From: Vitrella brassicaformis CCMP3155
Lineage: Eukaryota > Protista > Chromerida
NCBI GenBank assembly: GCA_001179505.1
Contig: CDMY01000104.1
Location: 124,001-188,000 of the forward strand
DNA length: 64,000 nucleotides
Direction of reading: 5' to 3'
Position 1 is the first letter of the stretch, and each line of letters starts with the position of its first letter. A program made the translations under genes and the position numbers. Below the pieces are notes generated by a model, which saw only the letters and a list, made by a program, of their open reading frames with translations, did not search any database and was not told the DNA's origin. Positions 36,121 through 49,180 of the stretch are shown here, one piece after another.

Positions 36121-38098
36121 ATGGACAGCGCTGCCTCGAGCGCTGCTGTACCGTCACAGCCGCCTCAGGTACCATGGGGCACGAACTGTCAGGCACGGAT
36201 GCGACCATTCGTCATCAAAGAGACATGCATGCATGCTATGTGTCTGGTGTGTTTGTGTTGTGCTGCAGGGAGGAGGTGATGCGCCCACTGCCGATGGCTC
36301 GTGTGCTCCTGCATCTGCATCTACTGGTGGGGGCGGTGGTAGTGCTGCTGCTGCTGCAGCTGCTGCTGCCTCCGAGCGGCAGGTGCAGCTGGACGGCATT
36401 GACATTTGGTTCCCGCCCAACACTGCCGAGGCCTCCAAGGAGCTCACCGTCCGACTAATGCGCCGCACCATCGGCCGCAAGGGCATCCGTCGACTCAGCG
36501 CAAAAGGCGCCGATCCCAATTTGGTCATCCGCCTGCTGCCCAAGGGCGTGGCTGCGTCGCGGGTGGTGCGCATCAGCAAGGTGAGCCTCCTGGCCCTCGC
36601 CATCGACGACCCGCACGGAGCGGGGCCGTACATGTGGATCGTCGACCCGAGACGGTTCGCCGGATCGCATCCGCGTGAGGAGAGGCTGATGATGCTGCCG
36701 ACGTGGGCCACACGACGGATGCAGACGGAGGTGTTGGAGGCGCTCATCGTTGCCGGCGCCAACCCATCGGCGTACCGGTGTGGGCGCATCGGCAGCAGCA
36801 ACCGCGTGCGATACACCCCGATGAAGGTGGCCATGTGGTCGGCCAACATGGAGGCCCTCGAGGTGCTGCTGACGCACAACGTGCAGGTGGCGGGCGAGCG
36901 ACTGGCCTTCCTGCCCCGCATTGCCAGTGGCGTCCCCAAGCGGCACGACTGCAACTACCTCATCCACGTGTTCCGTGTGTATTGCCGGCTGCTGCACTCT
37001 CACCCGGAGCTGGCCAATGAGACGGACGGTGGGCAGCAAAACCCCGCCCATCGACTGGCCAGTGCCATTCCCGACTACGGCTGCAACTTTGCCCCCCACA
37101 TGCTCAACCTGCTCGAGTTCCACGGCGTGGACCTCGCCGCTGCCGATGCCGAGGGCAACACGCCCCTCCATCTGGCAGCCATCACGGGCGCCATCTTCAC
37201 GGTGATGCAGCTCTGCCAGCAGCTCCCGGCCGCCGACGTCGACAAGCCCTCGGCAGTGACCCACCTGACACCCATGGCGAGCGCTGCTCAGTCACTGGCT
37301 GAGGAGATAGAGCGCCACACGGCTCTCAGCGAGGAGGAGAGGAAGACGCAGACCCGACTGGCCGACCTCATGTCGCTGCACAGCCAAGTCATCCGCCGGC
37401 TGCTGTTCTGCGGCGCATCCATCGACAACATGCCCAACACCACGGAGGAGGACCAGAGGCGCCGTGCTGTGGTCAAGGGCCTGTACACACGCACCCTCAA
37501 CGTCCTGCCGTATCGGGTCATGGACTGCGTCAACGAGGCCCTCGCTCCCCAGCGTGACGCCGCCACCCTCATGGCTCGCATCCTGCCCCTGGTGGAGCAC
37601 AACGACGAGAACCCCTCCCTCCCCAATCCGCCCTCCCCCTCCCCCCTCTCATTCGGCCCACAGGAGTCCTCAGCCATCGCATGGCACATCGGGGCCTTCC
37701 TGCACGAACCCGAGGCCATCAATGCCGTTTTCGTCATGAAGGACGACACGCCGAACGGCCGCCGTCTGCTCGACGACATGCACAAGTTCGTCAACTTGGC
37801 CGCCACACGGACGAGCGGCAATCGAGAGGTGGTGGGCGGCGTGATCGAGGGCGAGGACGGGCAGCAGGTGCGCATCCCCCACCTGCAGTGCTTCGTGCTG
37901 GGCGACGTGGACGGCCGTCGGGTGGGCCTACGAGAGGTGGTCCACAAGCTGCGGCTGGACGAGGTGCGCAGATTTGGCCTGAGTGGTGTGGTGAAGGGCT
38001 TCAACAACGAGGCGGGCGACGAGGGGTGTGTGTTCGACGGGGGGCAGCTGGGGTTCGTCGACAAGGAGGGCGCCTATCAGTCGCTGGGGATGCAGTAG
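36121..38098 (+). CDS. Ankyrin-repeat protein with a conserved-looking non-ankyrin C-terminal domain
   Basis: Short exon MDSAASS...PPQ joins a long exon in phase 0. Ankyrin-like GADPN, SLLALAID, LIVAGANP, TPMKVAM, GNTPLHLAAITG and LTPMASAA. C-terminus FGPQESSAIAWHIGAFL...RRVGLREVVHKLRLDE...VVKGFN..GDEGCVF. Confidence 0.85.
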
Positions 38099-39336
38099 AC
38101 AGACAGACAGACGGACAGATAGATAGCTAGGAGGGGATGGGTGGTGTGTCGATAGTGTGAATAAATCGGTATGAGATGGGACGGAGGCAGGCCGTTTGTG
38201 TGCTTGAGGGCCTTTCGAAGCAAACGTTGCGAGGGTGTTTAGTGTGTTTAGGCAAGCGCGAGACAGTCGGCCGACAGGAGCGAACAGCAAGACGGGAGGG
38301 ACAGATGGTGAATCGGCGGCTGCGTGTGCTGCGTGTCTAGTTGATGTGTTCTTCACACACACACGGCTACCTGTCTGCCTGCCTGGAGGGCCTGCCTTGC
38401 GTGTCCACTACATTTTGTTCGCGGCGTGAGGCTCACACCGGCGGCATTTAGTGTTTTAACCATGATTACTTCCGGCGTGTGTTCCATACATACAGAGTTT
38501 CTGTAGACTTACGTGTTCATACGAAGGCGAAGAAGGCAGGGCAGGCGGGCTCTGACTGGCTGGTCCGTATCCAATGTGTGCATGCATGGCATGATGGTTG
38601 CGGTGCAATTTTGGCTTCACATGTGAGACATGTTGGTAAAGAGACAAGTGGCATGCCTCGAATGTGTCCATCCCTGCTCCAGACGGCCGCACACAGACGT
38701 ACGCAACGCAACCTGTGCATGCACCGCACCTCCTCAATCCTTCCCTCCTCAGTGTAGAGGCAGGCAACACGCACGGTAGGTAACGGACAGACGCCAGCCA
38801 CCGGCTATATTGAGTCGCTGTGTTTTCAGCATGTTTGCTCCTCGGTGGCCATCCAAACCCACACCACCGTTGGTTGCATCAATTGTTGACTTGTGAAGGA
38901 TTCAAATCCATCATTGACCTACCTGCTCTTTCCCCTCGATCTATGTAGCATAAAAGTCACAGTCAGGCCACACACACACACACACACACACACAAACAAA
39001 CCAGCGGAAAGCCGGCCAGGCACACGAGCGATAGACAGACAGACTTGATTCACAAATCAGTGAATGAAATCGAGATCACTCAGGCACGTAGCCATCACCT
39101 CTTTGGCAGCAACTACTGCAGCATTCGCGAAGGAGCACAAAGCAAGGGGGTCGGTATATAAGAACATATTTCTCGCCCTCTTCCCTCCCACATGCACTCG
39201 CACACGCACTCTCTAGGTCTCGCTTGAGCAAAAGTGATTGACAACATGGCAATGATGATATTGACAGCAGGCCCCTCTCTCCCTCCCTCTCAGGCAGACA
39301 AGACACGTTTGGGTGATTTGAGTGAGAGAGAGTGAG

Positions 39337-40206
39337 TCAGTCCGGTCCCTTGGCTTCGCAAGGGCCGCACCTGTCCTCCGCCCCGTTCCTCTGCCCCGAC
39401 TGGTCACGCTGGCTGTGGTGGTGGTGATGGTGATGCTCGGAGTGGCCCAACGGGCCTGTAAGCGACATACACACATACAGGCAAACGTGCGAACAATACA
39501 CACACATGGATGGATGGATGGATGGATGTGCCGTGTGCAGTGGGAGAGGGTGCGGTGTGTGGTGCGTACGGTCGGGGCATATGACGTCTCGGATGAGTGT
39601 CTTGAGCTGCATGCGACACAAGGAAAGAAATGGAGGGAGGAGAGGACGATATGACACCGCTTCCTCCATGCAGCGAGCGTCATTTGTGGGGATCTTTCGG
39701 TTCGTTTGTGGGTACCTACCTCTTTGGCTTCAATGAAGTGGCCGCCCTTCTCGCGGCTGAAAACTATCACACCGTTGCACCTGCGCACATCACATGAGCA
39801 GACAGACGACACACAGATCTGTCAGCGATGCTTCTCTGCAGTATTCTCTTCTCTACCTGATGACGAAGACGCCCCCTGGAGGATCATTGTTCGGAATCAG
39901 CGCAACCTCGCCAATGTCCTTCTGCACAGGCAGATCACACACGCCAGCAACAACACCACACAAAGAGATGCAGGGACGCCATCGAGGCGAGCGGGATACT
40001 GCGTAGGTATCTCAGTTCTCACTGCGAATGTCGAGAGCAGCTCCTGCGCCATCCAGGCTGCACGAAGCATCCATCTGCACCCCACACAGTACCTGCGCAC
40101 ACGCCACAACCGCACCGCACAAAGACAAACTCACACATGTATGTATGCAGCAACGCGTTGGATCTTTGTGTTTTCCTCACTCTATCTCAATCCTGGGCTC
40201 CGGCAT
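39337..40206 (-). CDS. Rdx family (SelT/SelW/SelH-like) CxxC redox protein with a His6 tract and a C-terminal CGPC
   Basis: Six exons splice to MPEPRIEIEYCVGCRWMLRAAWMAQELLSTFAKDIGEVALIPNNDPPGGVFVIRCNGVIVFSREKGGHFIEAKELKTLIRDVICPD...PLGHSEHHHHHH...RCGPCEAKGPD*, closely following the Rdx-family pattern. Confidence 0.9.
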
Positions 40207-40251
40207 TCTTCGGCGCACGTACTTTCCTCTGCTTCTCCTCTTCAACTCAAG

Positions 40252-40263
40252 GCTAAGCTTGCA
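40252..40263. promoter_or_regulatory. Motif variant GCTAAGCTTGCA
   Basis: Lies in the 166-bp gap between 40206(-) and 40373(+). Confidence 0.6.
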
Positions 40264-40372
40264 AACGCCAGCGATCGTTCGGCGATCGCCGAGGAGTTGT
40301 CTGCACCAGCGAACCCGGCGAGGACCACAGCCTCCCGCAGCAGCCAAGACCATAGCCTGCCAAGCACCAAGA

Positions 40373-41724
40373 ATGAAGACCCTCGCTGCCCTCCTCTCGC
40401 TTGTGGCTGTTGCCGCCTTCCGCCCTCATCCCGTGTCGGTGCATGAGCGTTCGCCTCTCAGATCCCGGTTCCGCACTCTGCCTCGCACCCTGACGACGCG
40501 TATGCAGCTGGCGCCCCTGCAGGGGCTGGCGGAGGTGTCCACCGCGGACCTCAAGATGAGGCTGCTGCAACTCGCAGCCTCGACCGACAGAGGCCAACAG
40601 GTGCGGATGCACACTGACTGATGCACACACGTGATTCGTGGGCTGATGATCTCTTTATCTGCCGTCACGCTGTGCCTCGCGCTGTCTGCTGTTGTGTGCT
40701 GTCGGCTGGTCACGTTGCAGGCGACAAAGCGGCAGAAGGAGCAGATCAGCAATGTGGTGGATGATCTGAGCAGCCGAGGTCCGTTTGACTGCTCACCCGG
40801 CATGCTGAACGGCAGCTGGGTGCTGGTGTACGCGTCGGCGCAGCTGTTCCGCAGCAGCCCGTTCTTCCTCTCTATCCAGGCCTCGTACGACGACTCCAAG
40901 AAGGCCTCACTCTTCTTCAAATTGCACGAACTGCAGACGAGATCATGGGGATTTAGGTACGCACACACACGGACACATATCATGATGGTAGGCATCCAGT
41001 CAGTCCTTTCTGTGTGTGTGTGTGACGCAGTGAGATTGCCCAGGTGGGCCAGACTTTGCTCTTCCCCGAGGCAAACAGCACCGACGGCCGGCTGCGGAGC
41101 GATTTTAACATCAAGGTGCTCCCCAGCACTGTCGTGCCTCTCGTCGGATGGTGGAAGGTACAAAGCACACACGCACGCACACACGCATGCGCACACAGCA
41201 GATGGATCCATGCGGCTGATTGTGCTGTATGCTATCACGTTTTCTTCATTCAATGTGCACAGCTGCTGCCGACGTTCGGTGGCAACGTGCGGTCCATAGC
41301 CAACGCCAGCATCTCGGGAGACGCCAACCAGCACCTAGACCTCACCGTCGACCTCACCAAGGTCAAGGCCAGCGAGGACCTCCCTCTCATGCCGCTGCTG
41401 GGGCAGTTCCTGGCCGAGCAGACGGGCATCCGTGTGTCGAATGTGTGGAAGCGGCTGAGAGGCAGCGTGCCGACTGCACGTGTGACGCACGTGTTCGTCG
41501 ACTCGGGAATGAGGATCGCCAAGGACAGCCAGGGGGAGGTGTTCGTCTACGTGCGGGATGTCGACGACGACTTTGATGACCTCGGTGCCACTGCGGGGGT
41601 GGGTGACGACCTCGATGAGCGAGAGATCCCGATTGAGGGCAATGGGGAGGAGCTGACCGTCCCGATAGAAGGAGAGGGAGACGTCAAGGAGGCGGAGGAG
41701 AAGAAGGCAGTACAGTCGGCTTAG
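40373..41724 (+). CDS. Plastid-targeted PAP/fibrillin family protein
   Basis: Bipartite presequence MKTLAALLSLVAVAA|FRP followed by an R/S/T-rich transit peptide. Fibrillin motifs LKMRLLQLAASTDRG, LNGSWVLVYAS and VTHVFVDSGMRIAKDSQGEVFVYVR. Confidence 0.88.
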
Positions 41725-42403
41725 GAAGGAACTAGGAAGGGAGGTGTCTGATGGGCAGTTTTGTGTCGGGTGTTGCGCCCTCTCTCGCTGACTCCTCCAT
41801 CCTTTATGTGTGTGTGTGTATGCGTGTGTAGTCACTATTCCCTCACTGCGTAGCCCAGCCCCCCCATCCTACCTATCTCCCTGCCTCTCTCCTGTCTCCC
41901 TGTCTGATGCACGGTCCATAATTACGCCATACATAGGGGGGGGGGGGTGTGTGTGTGTGTTGGAGTTTTTGGTCTGTTCTTGTCGATAGTGGGTGAGTGA
42001 TGCGACAGACATTGGCGACACAGATGCATGGCATCGACGAGTCCACTTAACAGCCATCACGGAGTCATCGAAACTGGCACAGGCAGGTGACTCCTCGAGC
42101 TCTTGCACCACGCACACTCAGAGGCTGGGTGTCCGGTGCTGGCCAGCACGTAGACCGACCAGCATACACCACCCTCAGCCAGACACAGCGCACTCAGCAG
42201 ACCGGGAAAAAACGAGATTCAACTCACCGTCTCACCTCCGTTTCAACGAGTGTTCTAGAGAGAGCACATTCATGGTGGCCACCCTGCCCACCTTTCTTCA
42301 CTGGAGGGCCGAGAACCTTGCCCACTGTCTCTGATTACATCTTTCTCCCCCCGCCCATAAATGGATGCCTCTCAATCAATGGCCCATCTCATGCGCATGG
42401 TCA

Positions 42404-42739
42404 TCAGTGGCTGTGGAGCTCGTCCATCTCGTCAGGGTCACACGAGCCAGGCTCCTCGCCATTGGCATCATCATCACACCCCTCGTTGTGATCCCCCAGC
42501 AGCACCAGGGCTGAAAGGGCAGCTTCCTCCGCCTTGGCAGCTTCCTCCGCCTTGTAGGCCGTCCTGCGTCGCTTGATTTCTCGCCTTGTCGGGCGTCCAC
42601 GGGGGTGGCGTGAGGCGGTGCGTTTGATGAGGGGGCGTGGCCTGGTGTAGGGGTTGAATTCCGGCGACTCATCCCCTCGGTCTTCTGTGGCCTCACTGCC
42701 GGCCAGGAAGCCAAACGCACCATCCGTTTCTGCCACACA

Positions 42740-42773
<34 letters not shown>

Positions 42774-44044
42774 CAGAGAGAGAGAGAGACGGGCAAATGT
42801 TAGTTCGATGCGCTGAGGTGCGTGTTGCGTCGGTCTCCTCACCATAGTCATCAAAATCCCTCTTCTGGATGTTCCTGCGGCTCCGCCCGACGACCAGCCA
42901 CTCGCCGTCCTCACGACTGTACCATCGCGGCCTGCGGGCCGCGGGGGGCAGGCTGGACAAGGCCGTGGCCGAGGCCTTGCTGCTGGTAGTTGGCTGCTCT
43001 TGCTCCTCTCTCTCTTCCTGGTCGACGTCTATACTCCCGATGTCGTCATCCTCATCTTCGGCGGGGTGGTCTGAGGTGTCCTGGCGACTGGCGCGGAACA
43101 AGGCCGCCTTGTGAGGACGCTCCTTCTTGTCGCCCCGAGGGCGCTTAGTGGTGGTGCCGGACCCATATGGCAGCAGGCCGTCAGGGAGTGGGGGTGGAGG
43201 GGCGATGGGAAGGGACCCCTCACCGGCAACGCTGGACAACGAAAGGAAAAGGGCAGCGGATCAGATCAGACGGAACAGATGGATGAAGTATGGCAAGACT
43301 GGCCGGCCGGCCAGCTGTGTGTAAGGTGCGTCAGTCACCTGCCGAGGGCATTGCTGTGGTGTTTGGCGTTGGGGCTGACGGTGCCGGCGGTGGTGGATCC
43401 GTCCTCCTCGCGGCTGACCATGGGGGGCCGACTGCACACAGACAGACAGCCACACACACACCGCACCGACAGACACGGCAGCGTGTTCGTTTGTGTGATC
43501 TGATCTTGCCTAGGTATGGGTACCCAGCCCGGCGACGCACAAGCAGCATTTCTTGCCTGACTTACGTGCGGAGGACTGATACACGCTTCGATATCCCCGA
43601 CTCAGCCCTGCACCATCCATTCATCCGCCCGCCACACGAGATCCAACACCACTCCCGGCCCTCGGTCGATGCGATGTCTCCCTCTTGCCTTATTTGTCTG
43701 TCATTGCTCACCTCCCTAGTTCCCCCGCCAGGACAGCGTTCTTGTATGCCTCACTGGTTCTGTCGACCATGGGCATGAGGTGGTCTGCCTCGACCATCTG
43801 TGAGTATCTGCTGTGGAGGTAGCACTCCTCCTCGGGCAGCCACGGGAGGCCCTGACGAGTGCACCCGGGGGGGACTGATAAGTGGATGCGATCAACAGAC
43901 AGACAGACAGAGAGACAGTGTGCAGTGGCCCTTCCTTTCTCCCGGCCGGCCCTTCGTTGCTCGCCAACCTGGGAAGGTGACGTTGTCCTCATTGCCACGC
44001 CCATCCCAACTTGGGGCATGATGGCTGTCGTTCGCCTCCTCCAT
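42404..44044 (-). CDS. Hypothetical low-complexity protein with a single Myb/SANT-like domain; start uncertain
   Basis: Exons splice to GLPWLPEEECYLHSRY...AVLAGELGRAESGISKRVSVLR (W.PEEE..L / ELGR...I.KR). They are followed by acidic and basic regions that end DELHSH* at 42404. Confidence 0.55.
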
Positions 44045-44498
44045 CGCACCGTCGACCTGCATGCCATGCGATGGAAACCAACAGGCGTGCAAACACATGC
44101 ACCCATACATTCCACAGGTCTGTTGTGTGCATGTGCTGTGGATAAGGCAGCCCACCCCCACCCACCTTAGCTCACCTTGTCCTCAACCCACCTTAACCTC
44201 CTTGTTTATCAAAACACACCTGCAAACCGCACCAAGACGACAACGTGACTGACATGAGAGGATCTTTTGGTTGAAGATCTTTTGGCGCCGGTGGAGCGTC
44301 GTGTGTTCTTGCCTGTCTGTGTGTTCTCCCGCCCTGTTGCCCGGCTCCGTACAGGATACATACCGGCGAGAGTGAGAAGAGGAAATCGATGAATGATCTG
44401 CTGCGTCAAGCCTTACAGTCACACACGAGGGAGGCGCCTTGCTCTGCTGGAATAATACACCCCTAATGATACACCCCTACTCGCGCAGGGTATCCACA

Positions 44499-44515
44499 TG
44501 CGAGCTAAGCTCGCA
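44499..44515. promoter_or_regulatory. Full palindromic motif TGCGAGCT-A-AGCTCGCA
   Basis: Perfect 8-bp inverted repeat with a 1-nt spacer, between the divergent Myb-like and SDR genes. Confidence 0.75.
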
Positions 44516-44582
44516 GGTGGCGAAGGAGAGACCCCTCCTGCTGCCGACGCGGGAAGGAAGAGAGGCAACAGGCACACGCAGA

Positions 44583-47453
44583 ATGCATGCACAAGGCCTA
44601 TCTGCTTTTCCCATGGATGACAAGCATGATGAGTGTGATGACGGCGGGAGGAGATCTGAGCAGAATGGCACGTTGGCGAATGAGATGGCCTGCAGCCATG
44701 ATGCCGGTGACGCCGAAGGAGGGATGTGGGACGAGATCTCTGACGAGGACCTGCGCACATGTACCAAGGTGAGTCGAGTCACAGACGCTCACACCGACAG
44801 CAATTGAGGGCGGACACGCAGACATAACTGATGATAATGATACTATGCCTCTCTCTTTATCCATCTATCCATCCATCCATCAGGTGTTGGAGGCCTTCTC
44901 TCGTCCTCCGCCCACCCCCTCCCCTGCGTCAGATCCACCCCACTCACCCCACCACCGTCACACCCACCAGCATGTGCAGCGTCGCCTCACTCACTGGCGC
45001 TTCAAGGGCCTGCGAGCGGCACTGGCGCCCATGCTGCAGGAACACACTGCTGGACGGGTGCTCCCCAACCTCAAGAAGATGGACGTCGAGGAGGTGAGCG
45101 AGCAGACCTCTCTGTATTAATGGCCAGCTGTGTGTGCGTTATGTTGTCCGGCTCTTTTCAGCGTCGGCAGGCGGAGAAACGCGCCAAGCGTGAGCGACGG
45201 GCGGCAAAACTGCAGGCCGACCGGCACTTGATCAACAGCGCGTCGCTGCGGTACGAGCGGCTGCAGAAGCTTCATTCCCTCCAGCAGCAGCCCCTCACCG
45301 ACACCGAGACCACCGCCCCTGCGCTGCCCCTCATCCCCGATGGCGTGGCCAGGGGCAGCAGCAGCAGCAATGCGGTGAATGGAGGGGCGACGATGATGAT
45401 GATGTGTGACGTGACGGAGGGGGGCAAAGGCCAGGGGGGGCAGCAAGAGGATCAGCAGGGGGATGGAGGTGAGGATGGTGGTGAGGCTGACGGCGAGTTG
45501 TACAGGCTGAGAGCGTGTTACATCTGCAAGGCCAAATTTTCGACATTGCACCACTTCTACGATAGGCTCTGTCCGGTGAGTGAGCTGCCTGCCTGCCTGC
45601 GCTCCATTATGTCTGTGCTGTGTGGTGGTCTGTGTTGTGTTCAGCCGTGTGCGTCGTTGAACTGGTCCAAGCGGCATCAGGCGTGCGATCTGACCGGCCG
45701 CACCTGTCTCGTCACCGGTGGACGGGTCAAAATCGGCTTCCAGGTCAGTCAGGTCACATGAGCAACTAAGTGGCTTCTGCATCTCGTCAGTCAAGACACC
45801 AACACACCCATCCCATCCTGTGCTGTCCTGCTTGTTGTTCAGACCGCATTAAAGCTGTTGTGTGCAGGCGCGTTTGTGATAGTGACGACTCGGTTCCCCC
45901 ACGATGCGGCCCGGCGGTACAGTGCGGAGAGCGACGCGTGTGAATGGCAGGGGAGGCTGCACATCTACGGCCTGGACCTGCGGCAGCTGCCGCATGTCGA
46001 CGCATTCTGTGAGTTCATCAAACTGCGACACACCAGGTGTGTGGGGGGGATGAGGGGTGAGAGGCGAGAGGTGAGAGGGAGAAGTGACCGACCATACGAT
46101 ATGTGCGTGTGTTGGTTCCTTCCTGCGCTCAGATTGGATGTGCTGATCAACAATGCCTGTCAGACGGTGCGCCGGCCCGTGGCTTATTACCGGCACATGA
46201 TGGAGGGCGAGAGAGCTCACGTCAACGCACAGGAAACGCCCTCGCCCTTCACCAAGCTCCAGGCGGCCCTGGAGGACCACTGGTCCAGCTCCCTCCGTCC
46301 CCCCGCCGCATCCCCATCCACCCCCACAGCCACAGCCACATCCACTGCCATCGCTCGGCTGCCCGCAGACGGCCACCTGAGCGCCGCCACTGTCCCCGCC
46401 CCGCACCACGACAGCGCGGCTCTGTCGCAGGTGCCACTGACTATGGAGGACTGGGAGGTGCGTCGGGGCGGTGGTGAGATGGCGGTGCTGCCGGAGGGGA
46501 AGTATGACGTCAACGCGCAGCAGGTGGACCTGCGCACCGTCAACAGCTGGTTACTTAAAATCAATGAGGTGAGAGAGGGAGAGGGAGGGGGGGAAGGGGA
46601 AGGGGAGGCGTGCTTGCTTGCTCGCCTGATGTGTGTGTGTGTGTGTGTGTGTAGGTGGAGACCCCCGAGCTGATGGAGGTGTTTGCCATCAACGCGATGG
46701 CGCCCTTCATACTCAACGCCAAACTCAAGCCGCTCCTACTCAAAGCCACACCCCTGCACCCACAGACACACCAGCAGCAGCACACGGCACTCTCCCACCC
46801 AGCACCCCCACCTTCCTCCCTATCAGCAGCCATGCAAGCCGGCCAGCGGGGCGCGCTGCCCAACACCGAGGGCTTCAGACAGTACTACGGCGGCAGTGTC
46901 AGCGGTCGTGTGGACAACGAGGCGTACATCGTGAATGTGAGTGCGATGGAGGGCAAGTTCCATCGCTACAAGGGCGCCAACCACCCGCACACCAACATGG
47001 CCAAGGCGGCCCTCAACATGATGACACGCACAGCGGCCAAGGAATACGCCGACCAGGGCATCTACATGAACGCCGTGGTGCGGGGGCGGGGCGGGCGGGG
47101 GAGAGAGGAGAGGAGCACGGCGCGGGCAGCTGGATCGGTGTCCGTGTGGTGTGTGTGGTGGGTGTGTTGTGTGTGGTTTAGGACACTGGGTGGATCAACG
47201 ACGAGAACCCTCTGCCGAAGGCCAAAGACATCGCAGATAAACACCACTTCCAGGCACGCAACGACACACACTCTACTGTTCATTCTCTCGTGTGCGTTGC
47301 TGCACACGGTTGGGTGTGTATGTGTGTGTGCAGACGCCGATAGACGAGGTGGATGCGGCTGCCCGCATCCTGGACCCTGTGTGGGTGGGCCTCATGACCG
47401 GCGACAGGGCGTACGGGCGGTTCTTCAAGGACTACTTCCCGAGCGAGTGGTGA
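44583..47453 (+). CDS. Atypical short-chain dehydrogenase/reductase with an N-terminal CYIC...HHFY..LC..C region
   Basis: [77 protein letters not shown]; stop at 47451-47453. Confidence 0.88.
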
Positions 47454-48439
47454 TCATGGCAATGCATTGGCAGGCAGTGCCTCCCCCCGTCTATGAAGCG
47501 TTTTGGTGGTTTGGTTTGGTTTGGTTTGCATGCCTTGCAGTGGTTGGTGCGTGCGGTGTGACCGTGTACAGTGAGTGCAGTGTGTGCTGTGGTTGACGGG
47601 GAGGGCAGGCAGACCTCTCTCTTTTGACAGACACTTTGTCAATGATTCAAACGACGTTCCGTTCTGTGCTATCTATCGTGTTGATCACATGCAGCCAGAG
47701 TCATTACTATTGTTATTGCATGCCTTAAACTGGTTGATGTTGTCGCGTGCAATGGTCTGTCTGTCTGTCGGCATGTCCACCACTTGACGGAGAATCTCTC
47801 CCTACTTGCCATGCCACCACCACACCACGCCACTCCACCCCTGACAGACACGCACGAACCAACCAACCAACCAACCACCAGAGAGGACGGACACACATCA
47901 TGACATATATATCGCGGCCGACAAACAAACAAAGCCACATGTGTCAGGCAGGCAGGTACGCGCCATTCACACACATCGCGATGCACGAGCCATGCCCTCC
48001 CTGTCCACTATATATCCCTTGGTGGCAGCGCACAACACAACAGACAGACAAACTTGATGGTTCGATGTGTGTGTGCGTATGAGAACGCAGCCCCGAGCAT
48101 CGCCACAGCTCTCTATCGGTCATGTCCACACACACCAGTCGCCCAGCTCCACACACGCCTCACGACCACCGCGCCACCCACTGCCCTCACATCACACACA
48201 CGTCCGTAGCTCACAGCAGACGACCCGCATCTGCAGACAGACATGAGTGCTCACACGCATGTCGAGAGCATATGCATGGGCAGGACCTACGAGCGAATGC
48301 ATGACAGGCAGGCAAGGCAGACACTCAGACAGGCAATCAGCTGCAGGCTACCGAGCTGCAGTGCGCATGCCACCCACCCAGACCGCTCAGATGCTACAGC
48401 ATGTACACCACCTCATAGATCTCTCTCTCTATCCACCGA

Positions 48440-48939
48440 TTTCTTTGAGGAACTTGCTGTGGTCCATCGCCATGGAGTCGCGGAAACACTCCACCTTCCC
48501 GGGCGCCTCCTACCTGCCATACAGGCACAAACCAAAAACAGACAGACAGGAAACGATGCAACGCACACAAGCCTCGTGTGTTTCCATGCACTCTCCTCCA
48601 GCAGCGTACGCACAGGAGTCGCTTGAGTGCGTTCTGCGAGCAGCCGAGCGCCTTGCTATATGCCGCGAGGAAGGTCATACCGCTGCGGTGGAAGTGCCCA
48701 CCCCCGCTGCCGTTGGCCGCCTCGAGAATCATGTCCTTGGGCCAGCCGACATAGATCGAGAGGCTCTCGGGGATGGGAGTCGTCTTCCAAGACTGACCGG
48801 ACATTTTCTGGAGGCTCGAGCTTCTATCCTCGACGTTTGTGGCCCGGATGGCTGGCCCGGTTGGGCGAAGGGAGATCTCTCTCGGTGCGAGGCACAGACG
48901 AAAGGTGTAGGCGACGATGTCTTTCGACACAGTAGTCAT
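48440..48939 (-). CDS. Possible hypothetical protein (partial model)
   Basis: Microsatellite-free frame MTTVSKDIVAYTFRLCL...KRLLC, which plausibly splices to EAPGKVECFRDSMAMDHSKFLKEIG. A motif copy lies upstream at 49170. The 3' end could not be resolved. Confidence 0.35.
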
Positions 48940-49169
48940 GATGCAGGGCCACACACAGACACACACACACACACACAGAGGAGTTTGCTTCATCGGGCCA
49001 GGGTAATCAATCAAGCGGTCATTCATTGTACACAATCACACACAGCGAGAGAGGGACGGATAGAGAGGGGGTGGTTGGTGCGGTACGGCGGGGGGCCTGG
49101 CAGGCCTGGCCTGGCCTGGCCGCTAGAGATACACAGAGAGGTACACACAGGGTAGAGGAAGGACAAACA

Positions 49170-49180
49170 GCTAAGCTTGC
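49170..49180. promoter_or_regulatory. Motif variant GCTAAGCTTGC
   Basis: About 230 bp upstream of the putative 48939(-) start. Confidence 0.45.

Noticed and set aside
40060-40095. Selenocysteine in the Rdx/SelW-like protein
   Set aside because: The active site is encoded TGT-GTG-GGG-TGC (CVGC), with no in-frame TGA.
1176-47453. Lipid or secondary-metabolite gene cluster (FMO, WS/DGAT, methyltransferase, fibrillin, SDR)
   Set aside because: The genes are spread over 46 kb among unrelated housekeeping genes, are predicted for different compartments, and there is no scaffold-forming synthase.
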